Counted from the stretch's first letter, positions 36,091 through 46,663 are shown. The stretch: 64,000 nucleotides of DNA from Candidatus Aldehydirespirator sp. (GCA_965221215.1 OZ244872.1:1867601-1931600); one strand, 5' to 3'. Made by a program: numbers and translations. The notes: a model not told the origin generated them from the letters alone.

Positions 36091-37908
36091 ATGACCCTGC
36101 TGGAGCCCCGCATCGCCCCCACGACGCCCCCGCCTCCGCCCGCCGACGGCCCGGTAGACCCCGCCATCGGTGCCGATGTCGACAAGTACCGCCAGCAGTA
36201 TGCGCTCTTCGAGGCGGGCGAGCTGAGCGACGAGGTGTTCCGGGTCTTCCGGCTCACCAACGGCATCTACGGTCAGCGCCAGGGCGGCACCAACCAGATG
36301 GTCCGGGTGAAGGTGCCCTACGGGTCGATCAGGCCCGAGCAGCTTGAAATGATCGGCTGGCTGGTCGACAACTACAGCCGGGGCTGGGGCCACATCACCA
36401 CCCGCCAGAACATCCAGTTCCACTTCGTGCAGCTCGACCAGATTCCCGAGGTGCTGGAGCATCTGGCCTCGGTCGGCCTCAGCACCCGGGAGGCCTGCGG
36501 CGACACTGTCCGCAACATTCAGGGCTGCCACCTGGCCGGCGCCTGCCCCCATGAGCAGCTCGACATAACCCCGTGGGCCGAGGCCGCCTACCGCCACTTC
36601 GTGCGCAACCCGATCAGCCAGCGGCTGCCCCGCAAGTTCAAGATCAACTTCTCGGGCTGCGAGACCGACTGCGGCCAGGCCATGTTCAACGACGTGGGCG
36701 TGATCGGCGTGGCGCGCCGCACCGACCGCGGCGAGGTCGAGCGGGGCTTCAGGGTGTTCATCGCGGGCGGCCTCGGCACCACCCCCCATCCGGCTCTGGC
36801 CCTCGAGGACTTCACTCCCCGAGAGGAGCTGCTGCCCACCATCGAGGCCTGCCTGCGGGTGTTCGACCAGGCCGGCAACCGCGACAACAAGCTGCGGGCC
36901 CGCATGAAGTGGCTGGTCGACACCCTCGGCTTCGAGGAGGTCCAGCGCCGCGTGTTGACCCAGCGCAAGTTCCTGGTGGCGTCCACCTCTTGGCCGGGCG
37001 GGATCCCCGCCGAGGTGCAGATCGACGGCGACGACCCCGCCGGCGCAATCGATCCGGCCTCGGCCACCGCCATCGGCCACGGCACGCCGGTCACCATCGG
37101 CACCGGGACCGCCTACCAGCGGTGGGAGCGGGCCAACGTGGTGCGGGGCACGCGCGACGGCACCGTCTCGGTCTACGCCCAGGCCTATCTGGGCGACATC
37201 ACCGGCGACCAGTTCCGGGCCCTGGCCGCCCTGCAGCGCGACCTCGGCGCCGACGTGCGGCTGACCAACCGCCAGAACGCAGTGTTCCGGGGCCTGCACC
37301 CCGACGACCTGGCTGCGGTCCACGACCGACTAGCCGCCATCGACATGGCCCGACCCGGCGCGGAGCTGGCCCGAGACGTGGTGGCCTGCCCTGGCTCGGA
37401 TACCTGCAACCTGGCCGTCACCCAGAGCCGCGGCCTCGGCGACGCCATCGGCCGGCGCCTCGAGGACGAGGGCCTGGCCGAGGTGGGCGGCATCCGCATC
37501 AACATCTCCGGCTGCCCCAACTCCTGCGGCCAGCACCACGCGTCGGACATCGGCTTCTTCGGGGCCGAGCGGCGGGCCAACGGACGCAGCGCCCCCGGCT
37601 ACCAGATGCTGCTCGGCGGCTACATCGGCGCCCAGCAGATGCACTTCGGCGAGAAGGCCCTGCGCCTGCCCGCCCGCAACGCCCCCGAGGCCGCCGTCCG
37701 GGTGATCCGCCGCTTCGTCGGCGAGCGCCGGGCCACCGAGAGCTTCCGGAACTGGATGGAGCGCGTCGGCGGCGTCCGGGCCGTGGCCGAGCAACTCAAG
37801 GATCTCGACGAGTTCCCCGCCTTCGAGACCGACCCGTCGTTCTACGTGGACTTCGACGAGACCGGTCCCTACACGGTGCAAACCGGCGCCTCGGAGTGCG
37901 CCACCTGA
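36091..37908 (+). CDS. Ferredoxin-dependent sulfite (nitrite/sulfite) reductase
   Basis: 605 aa with two NIR_SIR repeats. Siroheme/4Fe-4S cysteines TACPGSDTCNLA and SGCPNSCGQHH. Confidence 0.85.
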   Translation: MTLLEPRIAPTTPPPPPADGPVDPAIGADVDKYRQQYALFEAGELSDEVFRVFRLTNGIYGQRQGGTNQMVRVKVPYGSIRPEQLEMIGWLVDNYSRGWGHITTRQNIQFHFVQLDQIPEVLEHLASVGLSTREACGDTVRNIQGCHLAGACPHEQLDITPWAEAAYRHFVRNPISQRLPRKFKINFSGCETDCGQAMFNDVGVIGVARRTDRGEVERGFRVFIAGGLGTTPHPALALEDFTPREELLPTIEACLRVFDQAGNRDNKLRARMKWLVDTLGFEEVQRRVLTQRKFLVASTSWPGGIPAEVQIDGDDPAGAIDPASATAIGHGTPVTIGTGTAYQRWERANVVRGTRDGTVSVYAQAYLGDITGDQFRALAALQRDLGADVRLTNRQNAVFRGLHPDDLAAVHDRLAAIDMARPGAELARDVVACPGSDTCNLAVTQSRGLGDAIGRRLEDEGLAEVGGIRINISGCPNSCGQHHASDIGFFGAERRANGRSAPGYQMLLGGYIGAQQMHFGEKALRLPARNAPEAAVRVIRRFVGERRATESFRNWMERVGGVRAVAEQLKDLDEFPAFETDPSFYVDFDETGPYTVQTGASECAT

Positions 37909-37928
37909 ACGGACTGGGACGACGCCGC

Positions 37929-37960
37929 TCCGGTTGGCTTGCAGCCGACAACCAACCGGA
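37929..37960. terminator. Hairpin between convergent genes
   Basis: TCCGGTTGG (37929..37937) pairs with CCAACCGGA (37952..37960), with a 14-nt loop. No T-tract. Confidence 0.35.
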
Positions 37961-38003
37961 GTGCGCCACCTGAGCGAGCTGACAGACGGTCGAAGCCGCT
38001 GGG

Positions 38004-39020
38004 CTATCCGGCGGGTCGGGCAGCGATGTCGACGGCCACGGGGTGATGGCAGGCGACGTAGTGGTCGCCGTCGCCAATCGGCTCGCTGACCGGCTCGACC
38101 TCGCGGCACACCTCGGTTGCCCGCGGGCAGCGGGTATGGAACCGGCAGCCGCTCGGGGGCGCGGTCGCCGACGGCAGCTCGTCGCCGATGTCGCCCTCTT
38201 CGGCGGCCACCGCCGCGGCGGGCTCGGGGATGGAGGCCAGCAGCGCCCGGGTGTAGGGATGGGCGGGGCGAGAGTAGATCTCGGCGGTGCTGCCGATCTC
38301 GCACACCTTGCCCAGATACATGACCACTATCCGGTCGCTGACGTTCTTCACCACCGCCAGATCGTGCGAGATGAACAGCACCGTCAGCCCGTAGCGGCGC
38401 TTCATGTCTTGGAGCAGGTTCAGGATCTGGGCCTGGATCGACACGTCGAGCGCCGACACCGGCTCGTCGCAGATCAGCACCTTGGGGTCGAGGGCCAGGG
38501 CCCGGGCGATGCCGATGCGCTGGCACTGGCCGCCGGAAAACTCGTGGGGTCGCCGGTCGCCGTGGCGGGCCTCCACCCCGACCGCCTCCATGAGCTCGTC
38601 GATGCGGTCGCGGCTCCATGATCCGATGTCGTCGCCCCACACGGCCAGGCCCTCGGCGATCACGTCGCGGACCCGGCGGCGGGGGTTGAGCGACGAGATC
38701 GGATCCTGGAAGATCATCTGCAGGCGGGGCCGCACCCGGCGCAGCTCCTCGCCCTCGAGGCCGGCGAGGTCCCGACCCTCGAACAGCACCTCTCCGGCGG
38801 TGATGTCGACCAGGCGGATGATGGCCCGGGCCACCGTCGACTTGCCGCACCCGGACTCGCCCACGATGCCGAGCGTCTCGCCCTCGGCCACATCGAAGCT
38901 CACGCCCGACACGGCGTGAACAACCCGCCCGCGGCCTGCACCGAAGTGCACCACAAGGTCCTTGACCGCCAAGAGCATGTCTTCGCGGCCCCGCAGCTGC
39001 GCCCGGCCGCTGCCGGCCAT
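38004..39020 (-). CDS. Oligo/dipeptide ABC transporter ATP-binding protein (OppF/DppF-like)
   Basis: GESGCGKST, LSGGQCQRIGIARAL, ICDEPVSALD. Trimmed to the ATG at 39020 (ATGA overlap). Confidence 0.85.
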   Translation of the reverse strand: MAGSGRAQLRGREDMLLAVKDLVVHFGAGRGRVVHAVSGVSFDVAEGETLGIVGESGCGKSTVARAIIRLVDITAGEVLFEGRDLAGLEGEELRRVRPRLQMIFQDPISSLNPRRRVRDVIAEGLAVWGDDIGSWSRDRIDELMEAVGVEARHGDRRPHEFSGGQCQRIGIARALALDPKVLICDEPVSALDVSIQAQILNLLQDMKRRYGLTVLFISHDLAVVKNVSDRIVVMYLGKVCEIGSTAEIYSRPAHPYTRALLASIPEPAAAVAAEEGDIGDELPSATAPPSGCRFHTRCPRATEVCREVEPVSEPIGDGDHYVACHHPVAVDIAARPAG

Positions 39021-40072
39021 CAGCGGTCGCCCCCGACCGACATTCCTGCCGAGGTCACTCCCGCGGCCCGGTTGGCCGACATGGCGGCCGCGCCCCGCTC
39101 GGTGCCCGCCGGATGCAGGCAGGCAAAGCGGTGAAGTCCCAGCAGGCCATCCAGCTCGGGAATGCTGTTGAGACAGTCGCTTTGGGCGTAGGCGCAGCGG
39201 GGCGCGAAGGCGCACGCCTCGGGCGGGTCGATCGACTCCGGCGGTCGGCCCGGGATCGGATCGAGCCGGTGATGGACGGGATCCTCGATGCGGGGGATCG
39301 ACCGCAGCAGCGCCTCGGTGTAGGGGTGGCGCATGTCGGCGAAGAGGGTGTCGGCGTCGGCGGTCTCCACCACCCGGCCCGCGTACATCACCGCCACATC
39401 GTCGGCCCGGCCTCGGGCCACCCCCAGGTCGTGGGTGATGAGGATCATCGACATCCCCCGGTGGCGCCGCAGGTCGTCGAGCAGGTCGAGCAGATGCTTC
39501 TGCACGGTGACGTCCACCGCGGTGGTGGGCTCGTCCGCGATCAGCAGCCGGGGCCGGCAGGCCAGCGCCATGGCGATGACCACCCGCTGGCGCAGCCCGC
39601 CCGACAGCTCGTGCGGATACTGCCGCACCCGCCGGGCCGGCTCGGGCACGCCCACCGTGTCGAGCAGCTCGACGGCCTCGGATCGGGCCTCGGACCGGGA
39701 CCGGCCCAGGTGGTAGCGGAGGGTCTCGGCGATCTGCTCGCCCACCCGTTTGACCGGATTGAGCGAGGTCATTGGATCCTGGAACACCATGGTCATCTGC
39801 ACGCCGAAGAAGTGCTTGGTTCCCGCCGCGGCCAGGGCCCGCACGTCGTGGCCGTCGTAGGTCACCTCGCCGCTCACCCGCGCGGTGCGGGGCAGCAGGT
39901 TCATCAGCGTCTTGGCCGTGACCGACTTGCCCGACCCCGACTCCCCCACGATGGCCAGGGTCTGGCCCTCATGCAGGTCGAAGCTCACGCCGTTGACGGC
40001 GTTGACGTCGCCCCGCTCGGTCGCGAACCGCACATGCAGGTCGCGCACCGACAACAGCGGATCACCGGTCAT
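39020..40072 (-). CDS. Oligo/dipeptide ABC transporter ATP-binding protein (OppD/DppD-like)
   Basis: GESGSGKSV, LSGGLRQRVVIAMAL, IADEPTTAVD. Confidence 0.85.
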   Translation of the reverse strand: MTGDPLLSVRDLHVRFATERGDVNAVNGVSFDLHEGQTLAIVGESGSGKSVTAKTLMNLLPRTARVSGEVTYDGHDVRALAAAGTKHFFGVQMTMVFQDPMTSLNPVKRVGEQIAETLRYHLGRSRSEARSEAVELLDTVGVPEPARRVRQYPHELSGGLRQRVVIAMALACRPRLLIADEPTTAVDVTVQKHLLDLLDDLRRHRGMSMILITHDLGVARGRADDVAVMYAGRVVETADADTLFADMRHPYTEALLRSIPRIEDPVHHRLDPIPGRPPESIDPPEACAFAPRCAYAQSDCLNSIPELDGLLGLHRFACLHPAGTERGAAAMSANRAAGVTSAGMSVGGDR

Positions 40073-40139
40073 CAGCGCGCCCACGCCCACCGATCGCACC
40101 GCGAATGCAGCGCGGGCGCAACCCGTCGCTTCGGATCCA

Positions 40140-40964
40140 TCAGAAGGCCAGCTCTTTGACGTCGAAGTGCTGGCGTATGCGGTCGCCGGCGAAGTTCAGC
40201 GAGAGCACGGTGGCGAACATCACCGCCACCGGGAACATCGTCACATGGGCGGCGTTCTGCAGGTCGCGCAGACCGGAGCCGTCGACGATCATCTTGCCCC
40301 ACGAGATGGCGTTGTCGCCGGCCACCGACAGTCCCAGGAAGGCGAGCGAGCCCTCGGCCACTACGGCCACGGCCATGCCGAGCAGGGTCAGCGCGCCCAT
40401 GGGGATGACCACGTTGGGCAGCAGCTCTCGCACGATGATCCGGCCGTGGGTGGCCCCGAGCACCCGGGCCGCGGCCACGAACTCGCGCTCGGCGAACACC
40501 AGCGTGGAGGCCCGCGACAGCAGGCCTACGGGTGCTACCGCCAGGATCCCGATGGTGAGGCTCACCACCAGCAGGCTGCGCTCGAGGGTGACGGTTATCA
40601 GGATGGCCAGCACCAGCGCCGGGAACGACAGCAGCACGAAGAACACGAAGCCCACGCCCTGATCCAGCCGGCCCCGGAAGTAGCCGGCCAGGATCCCCAG
40701 CCCGCCCCCCACCACCATCCCGAACACGATGGCGAAGCCGCCCACGGCCAGGCTGATGCGGGCGCCGTGCACGGTGCGCGAGAACACGTCGCGGCCCAGC
40801 GCGTCGGTGCCGAACCAGGCGTCGGCGGAGGGCGCCTCCCGGGGTCCGCCGAAGGCCACCTCGGTGGGGTCGGCTATGGGCAGCAGCGGCGCGAAGGTGG
40901 CCACCAGCGCCATGATCGCCAGCCACCCCACCGCCAGCCAGAAGCAGAATCCTAGACGCCTCAC
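40140..40964 (-). CDS. ABC transporter permease (OppC/DppC-like)
   Basis: Trimmed to the GTG at 40964, which overlaps the OppB stop. Multi-pass, with the EAA-loop-like FAEREFVAAARVLGA. Confidence 0.8.
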   Translation of the reverse strand: MRRLGFCFWLAVGWLAIMALVATFAPLLPIADPTEVAFGGPREAPSADAWFGTDALGRDVFSRTVHGARISLAVGGFAIVFGMVVGGGLGILAGYFRGRLDQGVGFVFFVLLSFPALVLAILITVTLERSLLVVSLTIGILAVAPVGLLSRASTLVFAEREFVAAARVLGATHGRIIVRELLPNVVIPMGALTLLGMAVAVVAEGSLAFLGLSVAGDNAISWGKMIVDGSGLRDLQNAAHVTMFPVAVMFATVLSLNFAGDRIRQHFDVKELAF

Positions 40965-41959
40965 CGGGCCCGCACCCTCGGATCCAGCCAGCTGTAGAGC
41001 AGGTCCACCAGGAAGTTGAGCACCACGAAGGTGACCGCCACCACCATCACGATGGCCAGCACCACCGGGAAGTCGTCGCGGATCACCGCGGTCACGATCT
41101 CCCGGCCGATCCCCGGAATGCCGAAGATCTGCTCCACCACCAGCGACCCGCCGATCAGGGTGCCGGTGCTGACCCCGAAGACGGTCACCACCGAGAACAG
41201 CGACGGCCGCAGGGCGTGGCGGAACATGATGCGCATCGGCGGCAGCCCCTTGGCTCGGGCCATGTGCACGTAGTCCTCCTGCAGGGTGGTGATCAGGTCG
41301 GTGCGCAGCAGCCGCTGGTAGCTGGCCGCCAGCGGCAGGCCGAGCGTGAGGGCGGGCAGCACCATGGAGAAGAGCAGCCCGGAGACGCTGTCGCTCTCGT
41401 AGGCCGACGGGAAGATCTGCCAGCGCAGCGCCAGCAGGTACAGCAGCACCACCCCCAGCGCGAAGTTGGGCACCGACAGCAGGCCGAACGACGCCACGGT
41501 GGAGCCTCGGTCGAAGGCCCGGTTGGCCCGGTAGGCGGCTGCCACGCCCCACGGGACGGCCAGCCCCAGCGCCACAGCCTGGGCCATCGCCAGCAGGATC
41601 ACCGTCTCGGGCAGCTTCTCGCGGATCACCTGGCTCACCGGCTGGTCGTTCTGGAACGAGGTGCCGAAGTCGCCGGTGGCCATGTCGCGCAGCCACAGCA
41701 GATAGCGCGCCGGCACGGCCCGGTCGAGGTGGAATTCGGCTCGGGCCGCGGCCACGGTGTCGCAGTCCCGGCTGGCGGCGTCCACCATGGTGTCCTCAGC
41801 GGTGCCGGCCTCGATGGCGTCGCAATCCAGCTCGGCCAGCACGCCCACCACGTTCACGAGCGGGTCGCCCAGCAGGTTCATGGCCGCGAAGCCCAGGAAG
41901 GTCACCGCGAACAGCACGGCGAACAGCAGCGCCACCCGGCGCAGCACGAACCTGGCCAC
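40961..41959 (-). CDS. ABC transporter permease (OppB/DppB-like)
   Basis: 332 aa: MARFVLRRVALLF.., ..EDYVHMARAKGL. Confidence 0.85.
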   Translation of the reverse strand: MARFVLRRVALLFAVLFAVTFLGFAAMNLLGDPLVNVVGVLAELDCDAIEAGTAEDTMVDAASRDCDTVAAARAEFHLDRAVPARYLLWLRDMATGDFGTSFQNDQPVSQVIREKLPETVILLAMAQAVALGLAVPWGVAAAYRANRAFDRGSTVASFGLLSVPNFALGVVLLYLLALRWQIFPSAYESDSVSGLLFSMVLPALTLGLPLAASYQRLLRTDLITTLQEDYVHMARAKGLPPMRIMFRHALRPSLFSVVTVFGVSTGTLIGGSLVVEQIFGIPGIGREIVTAVIRDDFPVVLAIVMVVAVTFVVLNFLVDLLYSWLDPRVRAR

Positions 41960-41989
41960 CAGTCCCCCGCCCCCCGGTCGCCCAAATTG

Positions 41990-43798
41990 TCAGTTAAGCC
42001 AGACCTGGTGCAGCCAGATCCGTCCCTGATTGTTGCAGAAGAGCGGGTCGCCGGCGGGCCCCGTGGCCCCGCAGACGTTGTGGACGTTGTCGCGGGCGCC
42101 GACGGTCCAGTTGGTGTGGGTGAGCAGGATGGACTCGTAGGCGTCGCGGTTGATCGCCTGGATGCGGTGCCAGATCTCCACTCGCCGGTCGAGGTCGTCG
42201 ATGGCGCGCTGCTCGTACATCAGATCGTCGCGCTCGGGGTCGCAGTGGCGGCTGAAGTTGAGCGAGATGAAGCTGATCGACCCGCACTCCATGAAGATGA
42301 CGTCGTTGTCGGGGTCGACCGCCCCGAAGGCCGAGCTCAGCGCTACGTCGTAGTTTCCCAGCGCCACGTCGACGATCAGCTCGTCGAGGTGCTTCACCGT
42401 GGTGTCGACGTTGAAGAACTCTCCCCAAGTGGCTGCCAGCAGATCGCGGGCCCGGTCGCTCTCCACCGACGGGCCGGGAAGGCCGAGGCGCATGTTGATC
42501 CTGCCCTCCGAGCAGTTCTGGGGATGCTCGGCGCAGTGCTCGGCCACCAGCGGCCCGGCCCGCTCGGCCATGTTCGTCTCCTGGGCGACCTCGGGGTTGC
42601 GCCAGATCAGGTCGGGATGGAAGATCGACTCGGCCGCCGGTGCCACCCCCTCGCCCAGCAGCTCCACGTAGAGGTCTTGGTCGGTGGCGAACGTGAGCGC
42701 CTGGCGGGCCCGGATGTCGGAGAAGACCGGGCTCCTCGTGTTGATGAACAGCACAGACTCGTCGGCCCGCACGTTCTCAATGGTGGTCACCCCCCGATCG
42801 GCCGCGTCGCGCAGCGTCACGATGGCCCCCGTGCTGGCGGTGACCATCAGGTCGAGCTCTCCCGCGATCAGCCGCTGGGCGGCCGCGCTCGAGTCGGGGA
42901 TGGGGTACACCTCGATGCGGTCGAGATAAACGTCGATCAGATCGGCGGCCCAGTAGTCGGGGTTGCGCACCAGCACCGTCACCTCGTCCTGGATGCGGCT
43001 CTGCACCATGAACGGGCCGGTGCCGACCGGCATTTGGTTGAGCGCGGGATCGGCGGCGGCCCGCTGTAGCCACTCCGACGGCAGGACCATCCCGATCTGA
43101 GTCGTGAAGGCGTTGGGCAGGTGGGCCGAGGGCCGCACGCCGACGAACTCGACGGTGTGGTCGTCGATCTTGCGGATGGGCTCGTCGGGGTCGAATCCGG
43201 GCTGGAACGCAATCGAGATCAGGGGGTCGGCCAGCTGTGCCTGGAACGTGGCCACCACATCGTCGGCGTCGAGCCCGGTCCCGTCGTGGAAGCGCACCCC
43301 CTCGCGCAGCTTCATCCGCCAGACGCTGCCGTCGCCGATCTTGGTCCACGACTCGGCCAGGAACGGGATCCAGTTGCCGTCGGCGTCGAAGTAGGCCAGC
43401 GGGTCGAAGACCGGCCCGGCCATCAAGAAGACGGGGGTCGAGATGGCGTTGGCCGCCGGGTTGAGGCCGTCGCCCTCGGCGTAGGCGCCCACTCTCAGCG
43501 TGCCGCCGTAGACGGGGCCCGGCTCGCCGCCGTCGGCGGGCGGCGCAGTGGTGGTCGTGGTGTCCACCGGCGCCACCAACAGCTCCGACTCGTCCGGTGG
43601 GTTCTGCTCAACAACCGCGGGCGCCTCGTCAGCCTCGCCGCCAGAGGCCGTCGGCTCGGCCGCAGCGGGCTCAGAAGTCGGGGGGGCTTGGGGCTCGCCG
43701 CTGCCGTTTCCGCCGCCGCACGCCGCCGCCGCAAGGGCGAAGGCGACCACGGCCGCGAGCCCGACCCTCCGAGGAATGCGGCTCCGTCGAGCAGCCAT
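41990..43798 (-). CDS. ABC substrate-binding lipoprotein, family 5 (peptide/nickel)
   Basis: Lipobox LAAAACGGG. Paralogue of the next gene. Confidence 0.8.
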   Translation of the reverse strand: MAARRSRIPRRVGLAAVVAFALAAAACGGGNGSGEPQAPPTSEPAAAEPTASGGEADEAPAVVEQNPPDESELLVAPVDTTTTTAPPADGGEPGPVYGGTLRVGAYAEGDGLNPAANAISTPVFLMAGPVFDPLAYFDADGNWIPFLAESWTKIGDGSVWRMKLREGVRFHDGTGLDADDVVATFQAQLADPLISIAFQPGFDPDEPIRKIDDHTVEFVGVRPSAHLPNAFTTQIGMVLPSEWLQRAAADPALNQMPVGTGPFMVQSRIQDEVTVLVRNPDYWAADLIDVYLDRIEVYPIPDSSAAAQRLIAGELDLMVTASTGAIVTLRDAADRGVTTIENVRADESVLFINTRSPVFSDIRARQALTFATDQDLYVELLGEGVAPAAESIFHPDLIWRNPEVAQETNMAERAGPLVAEHCAEHPQNCSEGRINMRLGLPGPSVESDRARDLLAATWGEFFNVDTTVKHLDELIVDVALGNYDVALSSAFGAVDPDNDVIFMECGSISFISLNFSRHCDPERDDLMYEQRAIDDLDRRVEIWHRIQAINRDAYESILLTHTNWTVGARDNVHNVCGATGPAGDPLFCNNQGRIWLHQVWLN

Positions 43799-43832
43799 GC
43801 CAAATCGCCCTTCGATGCCCAGCCCGCGGCCG

Positions 43833-45659
43833 CTAGCTCAGCCAGACTTGATGCAGCTGCACCCTGCCCTGGTTGTTGCAGAACAGTTCCTCGCCGGTGG
43901 GGGCGGTCTGTCCGCAGATGTTGTGCACGTGCTCCCCCGCGCCGATGGTCCAGTTGGCGTGGTTGAAGAAGATGTAGATGTACGAGTCCTTGAGGTCCTG
44001 CTGGATCTGGTGCCAGATCTCCACCCGCCGGTCGAGATCGTCGGTCGCCCTCTGTTCGAACATGAGGGCGTCGCTCTCGGGGTCGCAGTTTCGGGGCCAG
44101 TTGATCGAGATGAATCCGATCGAGCTGCACTGGATCCACAACATGTCGTTGTCGGGATCGACCGCGCCGAACTGCCTCCAGGTGACCACGTTGTAGGCCC
44201 CGATGGCTACCTCTGTGATGTGGTTGTCTTGGAGCAGTTCCTGCTGGGTGACGTTGAAATAGTCCTCCCAGCCGTCGATCAGCAGATCCGCGATGCGGGT
44301 CTGCACCACCGACGGGCCCGAGTACTGCAACTCCATGTTGATCTTCCCGTCGCTGCAGTTGGAGGGGAAGTCCGCGCAGTAGGCGGCCACGAGCGGCCCG
44401 GCCCGCTCAGGCATGTTGGTCTCCTGTTTCACGTTCGGGTTGTGCCATATCAGGTCCGGGTGAAACATCGTGTCGGCCGGCGGGGCGGTTCCCTGGCGGA
44501 TCAGGGCCACATAGGCGTCGCGGTCGGTGGCGAACGTCAGCGCCTGGCGAGCCCGTATGTCGTCGAACGGGGGGCTCTGCGTGTTCATCATGGCGAAGTC
44601 CTCTTCGCCCCGAAGGTTCTCGATGGTTCTCACCCCCTCGGCGTCGCGCAGCGTGAGGATGGCGTCGGCGGTGCTCGTCACCATCAGATCGAGCTCACCG
44701 GCCGCGAGCCGTTCCGCGGCGATCACCGAGTCGGTGATGGGATAGATCTCTATGCGGTCGAGGTATATGTCGGTGATGTCTGCAGCCCAGTAGTCGGGGT
44801 TGCGCACCAGCACCGTCACCTCGTCCTGGATCCGGCTGTCGACCATGAAGGGGCCGGTACCGGGCGGGGACTGGTTGAGGGTCGGATCCTCGATGGCCCG
44901 GGCCAGCCACTCCGAGGGCGGGATCATGCCGAGCTGGCTGGTGACGAACTGGGGGAAGTGGACGGTCTTGTCGAGCGGGTTGAACTGAACCGTGAGGTCG
45001 TCGATCTTCACAACGCCGCCCGTGTCGGCAAACATGGGCCGGACCGCCAGCGAGACCTCGAGGTCGCGAAGCTGGGCCTCGTAGGCCGCCACCACATCGT
45101 CGGCGTCGAACTCGGTTCCGTCGTGGAAGCGCACCCCCTCGCGCAGCTTCATCTCCCAGGACTCGCCGCCGTTGATCGGGGTGAACGACTCGGCCAGATA
45201 CGGGATCCAGTTGCCCTGCGGATCCCAGTAGGCGACCGGCTCGAACACGGGATACGTCATCACGTAGGCCGAGACTGCGAAGTTGCCAGAAGTCGGGTTC
45301 AGGCTGTCGCCCTCGGCCTCGACCGCAACCCGCAGCGTGCCCCCGAACTGCGGCTGCGGCTCGGCCGGCGCATCCTCCACCGCTTCGGTAGCGGTGTCGC
45401 CGGTGGTTGGCGGGGCGGTGGTAGTGGTGGTGTCCACCGGAGCGACCAGCGGCTCTTGCGGCTCCGGCTCGGCCGCCGGCGCTGGAGCCTCGGCACTGTC
45501 GGCCCCATCGGCAACGTCGGCCGTCTCGGTGGTCTCCACCGCGGCCGGCAGCTGCGGCTCGCTGTCGGCACCGCCGCCGCATGCGGCCGCAATCAGCGTG
45601 AGCGCAAGGATCGGCGCCAACCAGGCTGGCAGTAGCTTGCAGGTCAGTCGTGCAGCCAT
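43833..45659 (-). CDS. ABC substrate-binding lipoprotein, family 5 (tandem paralogue)
   Basis: Trimmed to the ATG at 45659 (MAARLTCKLLPAWLAPILALTLIAAACGGG). Long blocks are identical or near-identical to 41990..43798, e.g. LVRNPDYWAAD, DIRARQALTFATD. Confidence 0.8.
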   Translation of the reverse strand: MAARLTCKLLPAWLAPILALTLIAAACGGGADSEPQLPAAVETTETADVADGADSAEAPAPAAEPEPQEPLVAPVDTTTTTAPPTTGDTATEAVEDAPAEPQPQFGGTLRVAVEAEGDSLNPTSGNFAVSAYVMTYPVFEPVAYWDPQGNWIPYLAESFTPINGGESWEMKLREGVRFHDGTEFDADDVVAAYEAQLRDLEVSLAVRPMFADTGGVVKIDDLTVQFNPLDKTVHFPQFVTSQLGMIPPSEWLARAIEDPTLNQSPPGTGPFMVDSRIQDEVTVLVRNPDYWAADITDIYLDRIEIYPITDSVIAAERLAAGELDLMVTSTADAILTLRDAEGVRTIENLRGEEDFAMMNTQSPPFDDIRARQALTFATDRDAYVALIRQGTAPPADTMFHPDLIWHNPNVKQETNMPERAGPLVAAYCADFPSNCSDGKINMELQYSGPSVVQTRIADLLIDGWEDYFNVTQQELLQDNHITEVAIGAYNVVTWRQFGAVDPDNDMLWIQCSSIGFISINWPRNCDPESDALMFEQRATDDLDRRVEIWHQIQQDLKDSYIYIFFNHANWTIGAGEHVHNICGQTAPTGEELFCNNQGRVQLHQVWLS

Positions 45660-45751
45660 TCGGATTGCCTTCCGTGCGGGGCCGGTCATCGAGCCGTCAA
45701 GGGGCCATCTTGTCAGAGGGGTATGACACCCCGCCAGGGAAGTGCATGCGG

Positions 45752-46663
45752 TCAGTCGCGCTCCATCTCGGCCATGCGCCGCTCGAGGTCGGCGATCATC
45801 GGGTTGGGCTCCTGGCCGACGGCGCCCGGCAACAGCTCGGCGATCTCGGCCGGTGTCCATCGGTCGCCCGACGACCACATCGAGCGCACCTCCTGCGGCT
45901 GGTTCCATACCGAGATCCGCCTGCCCACCACCGTGTAGATCTGGGCGTTGACGCTCCGGCCGGCGTCGCTGAGGAGATACACCGCCATGGGCGCCACTGC
46001 TTCGGGCTCGCCCGTCTCGAACTCGAAGGGAACTTTCTCGCTCATGCGGGTGCGGGCCACCGGCGCGATGCAGTTGGCGTTGATCGACGGCCCGCCCCGC
46101 AGGCGTATCGAGGCCGCGGTCATGGCCGCCGAGCGGGTGAGGCTGACGATGCCGCCCTTGGCCGCCGAGTAGTTGGCCTGAGCGGTGGAGGCCGAGAAGG
46201 CTCCCGAGGTGAACCCGACCAGCGAGCCGCCCGACGGCTGCTTGCGCATGCGGGCCAGCGCGGCGCGGTACACGTTGAAGTGCCCCTTGAGGTGGACGGC
46301 CACCACCTGGTCCCACTCGTCCTCGCCCATGTTGAACAGCATCCGCTCCCGCAGCACCCCCGCAGGGCACACCACGCCGTCGATGCTCCCCCACTGATCG
46401 CAAGCCGCTGCCACGATGGCGGCGCCCACGTCGAACCGCGACACGTCGCCAGCCACCGCGATGGCCTCGCCGCCCGCGGCCCGGATCTCGTCCACGGCCG
46501 CCTCGGCCACCGCGCTGGAGGGATCCGAGCCGTCGAGTGCGACGCCGTAGTCGGCCACCACCACGTTGGCGCCCTCGGCCGAGCAGGCCAGCGACACCGC
46601 CCGTCCGATGCCGCCCCCACCGCCGGTGACCGCGACAGTCTTGCCCTCGAGGTGCCCGCTCAC
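45752..46663 (-). CDS. SDR-family oxidoreductase
   Basis: KTVAVTGGGGGIGRA, YSAAKGG. Confidence 0.75.
   Translation of the reverse strand: MSGHLEGKTVAVTGGGGGIGRAVSLACSAEGANVVVADYGVALDGSDPSSAVAEAAVDEIRAAGGEAIAVAGDVSRFDVGAAIVAAACDQWGSIDGVVCPAGVLRERMLFNMGEDEWDQVVAVHLKGHFNVYRAALARMRKQPSGGSLVGFTSGAFSASTAQANYSAAKGGIVSLTRSAAMTAASIRLRGGPSINANCIAPVARTRMSEKVPFEFETGEPEAVAPMAVYLLSDAGRSVNAQIYTVVGRRISVWNQPQEVRSMWSSGDRWTPAEIAELLPGAVGQEPNPMIADLERRMAEMERD

Noticed and set aside
36055-38850. 422-, 466- and 506-aa ORFs overlapping sulfite reductase and the OppF-like gene
   Set aside because: Shadow ORFs in alternative frames of clearly identified genes.
43833-46403. 856-aa version of the second substrate-binding protein, and the 518-aa version of the OppC-like permease (40140..41696)
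   Set aside because: The N-terminal extensions run through neighbouring genes. Lipoprotein signal peptide and start/stop overlaps define the shorter genes.
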